A stretch of 64,000 bases of DNA from Malacoraja senta (taxonomy: Eukaryota): the NCBI GenBank assembly GCA_038087875.1, contig CM075999.1, positions 3,226,001 to 3,290,000 of the forward strand. Reading direction: 5' to 3'. The notes under the pieces are model-generated. The model saw only the letters and a program-made list of their open reading frames with translations. It did not search any database and was not told the DNA's origin. How positions within the stretch are numbered: the first letter of the stretch is position 1; every line of letters starts with the position of its first letter. Of this stretch, positions 49,833 through 61,986 are shown piece by piece. A program made the position numbers and the translations under genes.

Positions 49833-52800
49833 CGTTGAACAATGGATTTTTATTTCCCTCCGTGTGTAGATTGTCGCCTTTGTTGCTTGCTCTAGCCTGT
49901 CTCTACCCTGAGTTTGGTGCGCTGCCCGCTCTCCATCCCCTATCTCCGTGGCTGCGTTATCTGCAGCCCCCCCCCCCGTGCTCCTTTCCTCTCCTATCTC
50001 CGCTTGTCTTCCCAACCGCGCAACTCCCACACCCATGCATGCCCTTGCAGCTGGGCAGCCCCCGCGCTGCAAGCAGACCTGCTATCTGCTCACCGGATAC
50101 ACACAAGTACACACTGTCCCCTTTCCTTTGTGCCGTGTTAAGTGCGCTCGAGCTATTTTGCCAAACCATAGCCTTGAATTTGGACAGTGAAACGTCACCT
50201 AGAGTGTGGTTGTAAATAAAGAATTTCATCTCTGTACAGCACAGAAACAAGCCCTTCGGACAAAATCATCCATGCCCTATCTAAGCTTGTCCCATTTGGC
50301 CCACATCCCTCAACCTTTCCTATCCATGATCCATTCCGTGTCTTTTTTCATAGGTTCTTGGAGCAGAATTAGGCCATTCGGCCCATCGAGTCTACTCCGC
50401 CATTCAGTCATGGCTGATCTATCTCTCCCTCTCAGCCCCATTCTCCTGCCTTCTCCCCATAACCCCCGACACCCGCGCTAATCAAGTTGGTACTAAAATG
50501 TTTAGTTCTAGTTCAGTTTAGAGAAGCAGCGTGGAAACAGGCCCTTCGGCCCACCGAGCCCACGCCAACCCTAGATCACCCATTCACACAAAGTCCATGT
50601 TATCCCACTTTCTCATTGTGCTGTCCACTCCAGCCTCATTTATAATACTCCTCTTTCTGGATTTGATTTTGGAACACTCTTGATTTGAGCAATAAAATTC
50701 AATTATATACACTAGGCTTTTAAAATATTTCAGTGATTAGAACGGCTTGGATAGAGTGGATGTGGGGAGGATGTTTCCACTAGTGGGAGATACTAGGACC
50801 AGATGGCACAGCCTCAGAATTAAAGGACGTTCCGTTAGGAAGAAGATGAGGAGGAATTTCTTTAGCCAGAGGGTGGTGAATCTGGCGAATTCATTGCCAC
50901 AGACGGCTGTGGAGGCCAATAGACAATAGGTGCAGGAGTAGGCCATTCGGCCCTTCGAGCCAGCACCGCCATTAAATGCGATCATGGCTGATCATCCACA
51001 ATCAGTACCCCGTTCCTGCCTTATCTCCGTTGAATATTATTAAGGCAGAGATAGATAGATTGTTGAACAGTACAGATGTCAGGGGCTATGAGGAGAAGGC
51101 AGGAGAATGGGGTTACAAGTCCTCTTGAAATAAATGCTAGCAGTGAGTTTGCTTTCTATACTACCGATTTGACTGGCAGATTCACTTTTTGGGAATCTTG
51201 CCCCAGCGCTCCCAAGTCCCTTTGCAATTCCAATTTCTGGATTCTCTCCCCATGGCTGATCTATCTCTCCCTCGCATTGATACATGTTGTGACCAGTAGA
51301 AGCCATCGGTTCAACCTTGTCATCTTTTATCAATTTGAGAATTGTAGTTTGACCATTAGACTCTTTAAAGGGGAATAATCTCTCCATTTAATAAATACGA
51401 AAGGAGAAACAAACCCTTTATAAACCCTTTGTTTTTTTCTTTGCCTCTGCAGTTCCCTGTCTTCACGTTTCAGCATCTGCAGTTCTTTGCATCTTTCTAC
51501 GTTGCAGCATCTGCAGTTCCTTGTCTCTCCAGGGGGGAAAAAAGCCCTGTTGTTGGTATCAGGCCATTATTGGGCCTGAGGAAGGCAGTGGGAGGTTGCC
51601 CCGGGCCGGCCAGGGTGTATCAATGACATGGACACACGCACACAGAGAGGCTTATTGCTTGATAGAAATGTAACTCTCTTTCTCACCATTAAAGTCTGGT
51701 GTGCCCCTTTTATTGGCAATAAATCAAAAAGCATTTTGTCCAGGGGATTAAGATTGTTGTGCAAATTTGCTATTTTTAATTTGAGGCTAATTTTCTACAT
51801 TTAAAAAAAAGGTAAGACATGCCTGCAACTGGTATAAGAAACTGTTCGGTGAACTCCATGTTGTAATCGGTGCTAAGTAATTCTTATCAGCTTGCAAATA
51901 GGAAAGAAAGCTTACACAAAAATGCTGGAGAAACTCAGCTGGTGCAGCAGCATCTATGGAGCGAAGGAAATAGGCAACGTTTCGGGCCGAAACCCTTCTT
52001 CAGACTGATGGGGTCCATCTTCACTGTATGAAACTGTTCGGTGCCAAGTCATTCCGATCAGCCTGGAGCAAAATAAAAACATTGTGTCTGCAGGAAGGAA
52101 CGGCAGGTGCTGGTTTACACCGAAGATGGACACAAAATGCTGGAGTATCTCGGCAGGACAGGCAGCGTCTCTGGAGAGAAGGAATGGGTGAAGAATGGTC
52201 TCGACCAGAAACGTCACCCATTCCTTCTCTCCAGAGATGCTGCCTGTCCCGCTGAGTTACCCCAGCATTTTGTGTGTCTTATCATTTCGTAGTGTGTGTC
52301 CTATGCTAGGTGGTGCCAAAGAGCAAGCGCTGGAGCAGCTGGGCTGTTGCTGCAATGGGTTCGCAGTGGAGGAACGAGTTTGCTACTGAAGTAGGCAATA
52401 GACTTATTATTATTATTATTGCACTACTATTGGGGGGGGGGGGGTTGTGTGTACGTATATGTGTGTGTATACATGTGTGTGTGTGTAGAGGCACTGCTGA
52501 TGCTGGTTTAAATCGAAGGTAGGCACAAAATGCTGGAGTAACTCAGCGGGACAGGCAGCATCTCAGGAGAGAAGGAATGGGCGACGTTTCTGGTCGAGAC
52601 CCTTCTCCAGACTTCAGCAAGTAATAAGAATGTCATTGTTCTATCTGGGACACACGACAATAAACCACTCCTTGCTCTTGACCCTTGAAGTGCCTGTGTG
52701 AGTGTGAACCAAAGATCATAGATTGAGCCACGCACCGCATCTTTCTGCGCAGTGTGAGATCTGGATATCTCGCCCCTTTGTGCAAATTCTGTTTTTGCAA

Positions 52801-52873
52801 AAGCTCGCAGGAGTGCTGCAGAAACGCGTTCATTTTGCATAGTGGAGGGAGCCATGATATATATAACATTTTA

Positions 52874-53046
52874 GTCTACCTTCGATTTTCCAGCATCTGC
52901 AGTTCCTTCTTAAACACTAAGTCTAACATTTGTCGATGCAACTTTACTGTATATGTATTATATATATATACAGTAAAGTTGCATCGACAAATGTTAGACT
53001 TGGTGTTTAAGAAGGAACTGCAGATGCTGGAAAACCGAAGGTAGAC
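52874..53046. repeat. Near-perfect ~170-bp palindrome centred on a TA-rich spacer
   Basis: gtctaccttcg...aagtctaacatttgtcgatgcaactttactgtata / tatacagtaaagttgcatcgacaaatgttagactt...cgaaggtagac. Confidence 0.9.
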
Positions 53047-53093
53047 AGAAGTGCTGGAGAAACTCAGCGGGTGCAGCAGCATCTATGGAGCGA

Positions 53094-53535
53094 AGGAAAT
53101 AGGCAACGTTTCGGGACGAAATCCTTTAGGAAATAGGCAACGTTTCGGGACGAAATCCTTTAGGAAATAGGCAACGTTTCGGGACGAAACCCTTTGGGAA
53201 ATAGGCAACGTTTCGGGACGAAATCCTTTAGGAAATAGGCAACGTTTCGGGACGAAACCCTTTAGGAAATAGGCAACGTTTCGGGACGAAATCCTTTCGG
53301 AAATAGGCAACGTTTCGGGACGAAATCCTTTAGGAAATAGGCAACGTTTCGGGCCGAAATCCTTTAGGAAATAGGCAACGTTTCGGGCCGAAATCCTTAA
53401 GGAAATAGGCAACGTTTCGGGACGAAACCCTTTAGGAAATAGGCAACGTTTCGGGACGAAATCCTTTAGGAAATAGGCAACGTTTCGGGACGAAACCCTT
53501 TAGGAAATAGGCAACGTTTCGGGCCGAAACCCTTT
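53094..53535. repeat. 13 x 34-bp tandem array inside a palindromic Penelope-like element (53002-53620)
   Basis: Unit aggaaataggcaacgtttcggg(a/c)cgaaa(t/c)ccttt with exact 34-bp period and no spacers. Confidence 0.92.
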
Positions 53536-53774
53536 GGGTTTCGTCCCGAAACGTTGCCTATTTCCTTCGCTCCATAGATGCTGCTGCACCCGCTGAGTTT
53601 CTCCAGCACTTTTTGTCTGCCAAATGTTAGACTGAAGGTAGACACAAAAATGCTGGAGAAACTCAGCGGGTGCAGCAGCATCATCTATGGAGCGAATGTT
53701 ATAGGCAACGTTTCGGGCCCGAAACCCTTCTTCAGACTGAGTTTGAAGAACTCCCAAATGTTAGACTGAGTTTG

Positions 53775-53937
53775 GAGGGGGGGGGAGGGGCGCTGCGACG
53801 CGCCGTCTGGCCGCTGGGCGGCGCTGTGACGGGTACATAAGAGGCGGCGCGGTGCGGACGCGCGGCCAGAGCGGGCAGTCCCCGCCACCGGAGACGGGAG
53901 TCCACGCCGCTCCGCTCCCCGTCCCCCCGGCCCTGAC
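53775..53937 (+). promoter_or_regulatory. Second CpG-island promoter and 5'UTR of the sestrin gene
   Basis: Dense CpG, G-rich boxes, TGACG half-site and TATA-like TACATAAG (~53834) about 100 bp before the ATG. Confidence 0.7.
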
Positions 53938-54030
53938 ATGAGGGTGTCCGCCCCCCCTCGCAACGCTGCCGGCGAGCCCGCGCTGACGGACTACCTCACC
54001 TGCGACTACTGCAAGCGGGTCCGCGCCCAG
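53938..54030 (+). CDS. sesn2: Sestrin short-isoform alternative first coding exon (MRVSAPPRNAAGEPALTDYLTCDYCKRVRAQ)
   Basis: 31 codons ending CAG|gtgagt (phase 0). Resembles recalled SESN2 (MIV...ELKDYL) and SESN3 (NYLLCTNCRKV) first exons. Too short for the supplied ORF track; paralogue tentative. Confidence 0.75.
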
Positions 54031-57000
54031 GTGAGTCGGGCGGGCAGGTGAAGCCCCCCCCCCCCCCTTGTCCCCAAGGCCTCTCCTCTCCATCTCCCCC
54101 TGAATGAGGGAGGTCAGCAGGTAAGGGGGCGCCTGGCAACCAACACTGGGCCTCGACCCGCTGGTGGTGGTCACTAGGGTGAAGGGGGGGTTGGACAGAG
54201 TGGATGTGGACAGGATGTTTCCACTGGTGGGTGAGTCCAGGACTAGTTAGGTCTTAACTTTATTCTTTGGAGCCCAGAAGGTTAAGAGGGGATTTCGCAG
54301 TGAGGAAAAAACGGAGGGCTTTGAGACCATCCTGGTGGGGGATGGAGGTGTACAGTGACTGGACGTCCATGGTGAAGATGAGGGGGTGAGGGCCTAGAGA
54401 GGGGACTTGATAGAGGTCTTTAAAATTATGAGCGGGTTAGACATATAGATAGATAGATAGATATGCCTTTATTGTCATTCAGACCGATAGTCTGGACGAA
54501 ATTGCAGCAGTCATACATATAATACAATAAAAAACAACAATAAACACACATTAACATCCACCACAGTGAGTCCACCCAGCATCTCCTCACTGTGATGGAG
54601 GCAAAAGTCTTAGGTCTGCAGTCTCTTCCCTCCTCTTCTCCCTCTGCACTGAGGCGATACCCCCCCAGTTGACGTGGATAAGCTTTTCCCATTGAGAGTA
54701 GGGAAGATTCAAACAAGGGGACATGACTTGAGAATTTAAGGGACAGAAGTTTAGGGGGAACATTAGGGGGAACTTCTTTACTCAGAGAGTGGTAGCTGTG
54801 TGGAATGAGCTTCCAGTGGAAGTGGTGGAGGCTGGTTCGATTTTATCCTTTAAAAATAGATTGGATGGGTATATGGACGGGAATGGAATGGAGGGTTATG
54901 GTCTGAGTGCAGGTAGATGGGACTAGGGGGAAGTATTTATTTTAAAAAAAAAAAAAATGTTCGGCACAGACATGGCCTGTTTCCGTGCAGTAATGGTTAT
55001 ATGACTAGAGGGCACAGCCTCAGAATTAAAGGATGTACCTTTAGAATGGAGGAGGTCTGGCCAATTTTTGTGCCCTCCACCACAGTGATGAATGACACCA
55101 CAGTGGTGGATGTTTGTGTTAAATTTTTAGTGTGTATTGTGTGTTCTTTATCATTGTTCCGCTGCTGGCAAATTCATTTCACTTGCTCTTTATGTGCAAT
55201 GTGACGGATAAAACTGATTGTTGTTGTTGTTTTTGTTGAGATGAGGAGGAACTTCTTCAGTCAGAGGGTGGTGAATCTGTGGGATTCACTCCTTGCCGCA
55301 GAGGGCTGTGGAAGGCAAGTCGGTGGGTGGTTTTTAAGGCGGAGACGGATTGACAAGTTTCTCGATTAGAACGAGTGTCAAGGGGAGAAGGCAGGGAAAT
55401 GGGATTGGGAGAGGAGAGAATAGAATAGAATGAATTTTATTGTCATTCAAACAGCTTGGTTTGAACGAAATTGCATTTTCTACACTTACATTACAAAAAA
55501 AAAACCAAGAACCACACTTAACACAGTTTACATAAACATCCATCACAGTGAGTCTCCAACGCCTCCTCACTGTGATGGAAGGCAAAGTCTTATCTCTTCC
55601 CTTTGTTCTTGTCCCGCGGTCCAGCAGTCCAACTGCAGCGTCGAGGCGAACTGGGGCTCCGATGTTAAAGCGATGTTAGAGAGAGAGAGATTGGCCGTGA
55701 CTGAATGGCGGAGTAGACTGGATGGGCCGAATGGCCGAATTCTACTCCGATAACTTGTGAACTGATAAAGTTTGTGTTTTGCGGTTCCCCTGAGATTATT
55801 GAGCTGCGTGATCTCCTCGTCCCACCCATCCACCCTTCCCTGTCGTCTCTTCAGTTGCCACCTCTCCCAGTTGCAGCGTACATTAGTAACCTGCAGGAAG
55901 GAACTGCAGATGCTGGTTTACACCGAAAGATAGACACAAAATGCTGGAGTAACTCGGCCGGTCAGACGGCATCTCTGGAGAGAAGGAATAGGTGACGTTT
56001 CTGGTAAAGGTCCTTCTTCAGACTGTCTATCAGCATTTTGTGTCTATCCTCCGGTTTTAAGCAAGTTGGCTGCAAGGAACAAGAACTGGCGCTGGAACAT
56101 TCCCTGAGGGGCTGATACGGGTGTGATTCCTTTGCACCAATGCCCTAACTCTGATCCATGTGCATTGCGAATAGATGTCCCCCCCCCCCCATAGTTATGG
56201 GGTGCCCCCCTTCGTAATTATTGCCCCCTCCATCGTGGTGGTTTTTGGGGTGCCCTTTCCCTGTTGTCATTCACATCCTGCACAATTTGTACTGTCTACA
56301 ATAGTTCCCACTAGTAACTATCAGGGTGCCCTCCCCCCCATTGTAATTATTAGGGTGCATTAGCCCCTATTAACTATTGGGGTACGCGAACTGGGTCTAA
56401 TTATCTTCATAGTTTTTTTTTTAACGTCTCGATTTCCAGCTCCGCGCTTCACTTCCCGCTGTCTGCCTCTCTGTTTACTTCCCAGCTGATTTATGGAATT
56501 TGGCAGCTCAGTGACTTTTCAAACTCTCAGCCAAGCGTTTGGGTTGAGACCAGATAGAGCAGGAATTAGCCAGACTAATGTTTTTCAAATGCCATGGTGG
56601 CTATTTAATTCTGCTTGCTTGAACCAGTTTGGCATATTGATCTTGGGCAAAGCCACTACCTCGGAACTTTCTTTGATCGGACTTTACCGGACTATATCTT
56701 GCACTGAACGTTATTCATGTTATTCCTTTTGCTCTGTATCTGTGCACTGTGAATGGCTCGATTGTAATCATGTATTCATGTTCATAAGTGATAGGAGCAG
56801 AATTAGGCCATTCGGCCCATCGAGTTCACTTTGCCATTCAATCATGGCTGATCTATCTTTCCCTCTCAACCCCATTCTCCTGCCTTCTCTCCATAACCCC
56901 TGACACCCGTACGAACCAAGAATCTATCTCTGCCGTAAAAATATCCATTGACGTCCTCCATTGTGGCAATGAATTCTACAGATAATAAACTAACTCATTC

Positions 57001-60000
57001 TCAAGCTGCTATAACAATCACAAGCTGCTAGCATGGTGGTGAGGTTATCAGACCAGCAGCCTTGGTTCTAAGCTATTTGTCTAGTGAGGAGAGCCATTTC
57101 CCAACATAGTTGCTTGGGCGAACTTTAAATGTTGTAATTTAGATTAAAATATGGAATTTTAATCAAACAAACTTAACTATGCTGGAGTTAGGGCTGCCAT
57201 TGTAGTTAACTCTTAACTGCCTGAGATAAGGATCATTGTGATGGAGAAAGGAGGAACTGCAGATGCTGCAATACAAAAAAAGAGACACAGTACTGGAGTA
57301 ACTCAGCCAGTCAGGCAGTATCCTAGAGAACATGGATTGGTGATGTTTTGGGTCGAGGACCTTCTTCGGACAGGTCATAAGTTTAAGGAGCAGAATTAGG
57401 CCATTCGGCCCATCAAGTCTACTCCGCGATTCAATCAAAGCTGATCAATGTTTCCCTCTCAACCCCATTCGCCTACCTTCTCCCCATAACTCTCGACACC
57501 TGCACTAATCAATTGACAAATAATGATGATGGCCTGTGAGTGTTTGTATTTCCATATCCCATGAAGGAAGAAAAATAATAAAAATATCAAAATAATAACG
57601 TCATTAAATCTCCTTATAGGAGTCTCTCTGATTTATATATGTGTGTTTACACTATATACACATACATTTACACACAAAGATAAGTGATAGGAGTAGAATT
57701 AAGCCATTCGCCGCATCAAGTCTACTCCGCCATTCAATCATGGCTGATCTATCTCTCCCTCCTAACCCCATTCTCCTGCCTTCTTGTCCTAACCTCTGAC
57801 ACCCGTACTGATCATGTATCTATTTCTGCCTTAAATATATCCACTGACTTGGCCTCCACAGCTGTCTGTGGCAAAGAATTCCACCGATTCACCACCCTCT
57901 AAAGAAATTGCTCCTCATCTCCTGCCTAAAAGAACATCCTTTAACTCTGAGGCTGTGACCTCTAGTCCTAGACTCTCCCACTAGTGGAAACATCCTCTCC
58001 ACATCCACTCTATCCAAGCCATCAATTAATTCAATATGTAATTAATTCACATATCTATATAAATATATGTGTGTGTGTATATAATTTTGTGTGTGTGTAT
58101 ATACATATGCACATACATACACGCATGCATACATACATACACATGCCCACACACATGCATATAAGTGTAGTCTCTTCATGAGTTTAAGTTTGCTCACACC
58201 ACACAGACTGCTATGATAAACCTTCAAAATCCTGCAGGGAATTTCTCGAACTCTTTAAGCTGGAAAGGGTGCAGAGAAGATTTACTGCGCTCTTGGGAGA
58301 GGTTGGGCTTTTTTTCTTGGGGCGCAGGGGGATGAGGGGTAATCTTACAGGGGTATATAAGATCACGGGGGGGGGGGGGCGAGATAGGGTTGAATGATCA
58401 TGGTCTTTTAACCAGAGTAGGGGGAATCGAGAACCAGAGGATGTAGGTTTAAGATGAGAGGAAAGACAGAAATGGGGTCGGGCAGCACCTGTAATTGAAT
58501 TGCGTAGGAAGGAACTGCAGATGCTGGTTTATCCGGAAGATAGAGCCAAAATGCTGGAGTAACTCAGCGGTTCAGGTAGCATCCTTGTCTCCAGAGATGC
58601 CACCTGACCCGCTGAGTAACTCCAGCATTTTGTGTCGACCTGTGATTGAATTAATTGATTGAAAGATACAGCACGGAAACAGGCCCTTCAGCCCATCAAG
58701 TCCACGCTGACCATCGATAACCTGTTCACACTAGTTCTATGTTATCCCACGTTCTCATCCCCTCCCTACACGTAGGGCCAATTAACCTACAAACCCGCAC
58801 GTCTTTGGGATGTGGGAGGAAACTGGGTGAACCTGCAAACCCCACACGAATAGCACCCAATGTCAGGATCGAACCTGGGTCTGTGGCTTGGAGGCAGCAG
58901 ATGTACTCACTGATTATTATTACACTGCTGTCACTGGGAGATTGCTGTGCATACACCAGCTGAGTTTCCTACATCACACCCGTCCCCTTCCACACAGCTC
59001 CCGCCCTCCCACGCTCCGGCTTTATATTGCACTCTTCCTCTTCTCTCTTTATCCTTTTGTCTCCTTTTCACCTCCAGCCTTCCTCACTTACTCCACCCAT
59101 CTGCCCATTGCCCCTCTCGCCTTTATCCACCTATCACTTGCCAGGCTTTGTCCCGCCCCACCTCTCCATCAGTCTGAAGAAGGCTCCCGACCTGAAACGT
59201 CTTCTGTCCATTCCCTCCACCGATGCTGCCTTTCCCTCGAGTTCCTCCAGCACTTGGTATTTTGCAAGGATTCCAACATCTGCAGTTCCTCGTGCCTCCG
59301 ATCTATGCCCATCTAGGGTGCAGTCACCCGGGATTGGATATAATCTTACCACTTGCTCAACATCAATCAGAATTAACTGGTTAAATTTACTCCCTGCTTC
59401 AGGAAAATTGCTGCTCACTGAATTGGTAAAATGTGTTATGTTGAAGAAGATACACAAAAGGCTGGAGTAAGTCAGCGGGACAGGTAACATCTCTGGAGAG
59501 AAGGAATGGGTGATGTTTCGGGTTGGATGTGGAGAGAATGTTTCCACTAGTGGGAGAGTCTAAGACTAGAGGTCACAGCCTCAGAATTAAAGGCCGTTCC
59601 TTGAGGAGGGAGATGAGGAGGAAATTCTTTAGTCAGAAGTTGGTGAATCAGGAATTATTTGCCACAAAAGACTGTGGAAGCCAAGCCAATGGATATTTTT
59701 AAGGCAGAGACTGACAGATTCTTGATTAGTATGGGTGTCAGAGGTTATGGGGAGAAGGCAGGAGAATGGGGTTAGGAAGGAGGAAGAGATAGATCAGCCA
59801 TGATTGAATGGCAGAGTTGACTTGATGGGCCGAATGGCCTGATTCTGCTCTTAGAGCTTATGAACTTATCAGACGTTATGTGAAAGCTGCCATTGAATGA
59901 CCTGGCAATTCTGTCAAAGAATGTGTAGACAAGTTGGAATTGGTTTTCAGTGAAGGGTACGGCAAATGGATGATGTAATGAAAGGGATGCCGGGGCAATG

Positions 60001-60340
60001 ACTCTGCAGCGGAGTAGGGTGTGATCTGGTGAGCAGTATTTGTTATTCAGGAAGTCTGAGTTCACAAAGGTGTATTAGGATCTGAGGGGATAGCAGTGCC
60101 GCGCTCTCTATAACATGCCAGGAAGCTGCTGGAAATGGTGAGTTTGACGGGGCCGAGATGTGTATTGTGGCTGTGTTGACAGCTGGAAAAGGTGGTGGGG
60201 GGAGTGAGATGGTGGTGGGGGAGAGAGGGTGGGTGTAGGGGGTGGGGGTGGGGGGGAGAGACACACACATGGAACAAAACACACTTTGCTGGAGGAAAGC
60301 AGGTCAGGCAGCATCTGTGGAGGCAATGGACAGATGAAGT

Positions 60341-60581
60341 TTTTAAGAAGGAACTGCAGATGCTGGAAAATCGAAGGTAGACAAAAATGCTGGAGAAACT
60401 CAGCAGGTGCAGCAGCATCTATGGAGCGAAGGAAATAGGAAACGTTTCGTCCCGAAACCCTTCTGGAAATAGGCAACGTTTCGGGCCGAAACCCGGAAGG
60501 GTTTCGTCCCGAAACGTTGCCTATTTCCTTCGCTCCATAGATGCTGCTGCACCCGCTGAGTTTCTCCAGCATTTTTGTCTA
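60341..60581. mobile_element. Palindromic Penelope-like element with 14-bp TSD, nested in a related element
   Basis: Direct repeat gacagatgaagttt on both sides; inverted arms. Confidence 0.8.
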
Positions 60582-60749
60582 CGACAGATGAAGTTTCACG
60601 TTGGGACCCTCTCCCTCCACAGGTGCTGCCTGACCCGCTGCGTTCCTCCAGCACTGTGTGTGTTTGGAGAAAGGGAGACTGGTTTGTTTCGTGGGACTTT
60701 GCTGAATTGTCGACTTTCTAGTACTTTCGAGCTTCTCGTAGCCAGCTTG

Positions 60750-61050
60750 CTTTAGTTTAGAGATACAGCACAGAAACAGGCCCTTCGGCCCGCCGGGTCC
60801 ACTCCGCCCCCAGCGATCCCCGCACAGTTGCACTACCCTACACACACACGCACACAAGGGACAATTTTACATTTATACCAAGCCAATTAACCTACAAATC
60901 GGTACGCCTTTGGAGTGTAGGAGGAAACAGACGATCTCTAAGAAAGCCCACGCAGGTCACGGGGAGAAAGTACAAACTCCCTACAGACAGCGCCCGAAGT
61001 CGGGATCGAACCCGGGTCTCTGGCGCTGTGAGGCAGCAGCTGTGCCGCTC
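60750..61050 (-). mobile_element. HE1-like SINE
   Basis: B-box GGTTCGATCC on the minus strand; tail ctaaactaaa. Confidence 0.85.
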
Positions 61051-61778
61051 ATAACCTGTCTCAACTTGAAACTTCATCTGTCCATGGCCTCTCTCTCAAC
61101 ACATGGACCGGCATTGCAACTGTATTATGTTAACACAAACAAGTTATAACCACAGTTTGTTTATTTTTAGGATCAAAACGTTAAAATACCTCACCCCATT
61201 GGTCAGGGCCCGAGTTCTTTCATTCCAGTCAAAGAGGTAAGTGAATCAGGCTTAACCAGAATCTTGCACTTTAATTCAAGGTCGTTTGTGCAGTGAACAT
61301 TTCGCCTATTTATTCTACTTTACTATAATATTGCACCAGCTTTAAAGAGTCATAAAATCAGTGGAGCGTGATAGACAGATAGATAGATAGTTTGTTTAAG
61401 AAGGAACTGCAGATGCTGGAAAATCAAATGTAGACAAAAGTGCTGGAGAAACTCAGCGGGTCAGGCAGCATCTATGGAGCGAAGGAATAGGTGACGTTTT
61501 GGGTCGAGACCCTTCTTCAGTACAAGTTGCCACTGAGGCCACACTTGGAGAATCGCGTTCAGTTTTGTTCACCCTGCTAATAGGAATGATTAAGCTGGAA
61601 AGAGCGCAGAGAAGATTTACGAGGATGTTGCCAGGACTAGAGGGTCTGAGCTACAGGGAGGTGTTGAGCAGGCTGGGACTGCAGATTCCAAGGAGCTCAG
61701 GAGGATGAGGGGTGATCTTATAGAGGTGTATAAAACCATGAGGGGAATTAATTGGGCAAATCCATAGTCTTCTCCCAG

Positions 61779-61986
61779 GGTAGACAAAAGTGCTGGAGAA
61801 ACTCAGCGGATGCAGCAGCATCTATGGAGCGAAGGAAATAGGCAACGTTTCGAGACGAAACCCTTAAGGAAATAGGCAACGTTTCGGGCCGAAACCCTTG
61901 GGGTTTCGGCCCGAAACGTTGCCTATTTCCTTCGCTCCATAGATGCTGCTGCACTCGCTGAGTTTCTCCAGCACTTTTGTCTACCA
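61779..61986. mobile_element. Palindromic Penelope-like element
   Basis: ggtagacaaaagtgctgg...ccagcacttttgtctacc inverted arms with an internal partial tandem. Confidence 0.8.

Noticed and set aside
51815..51835. p53 response element (AGACATGCCT), of interest because sestrins are p53 targets
   Set aside because: Only one good half-site; the adjacent decamer does not fit RRRCWWGYYY.
52300..52395. Possible internal exon (ag|GTGGTGCC...GAA|gtaggc)
   Set aside because: Weak splice context and no sestrin similarity in any frame.
53094..53535. CRISPR-like array (34-bp partly palindromic repeats; also the 38-bp array at 19721-19985)
   Set aside because: Units abut with no unique spacers, there are no cas genes, and the context is eukaryotic; the units derive from the surrounding retroelement arm.
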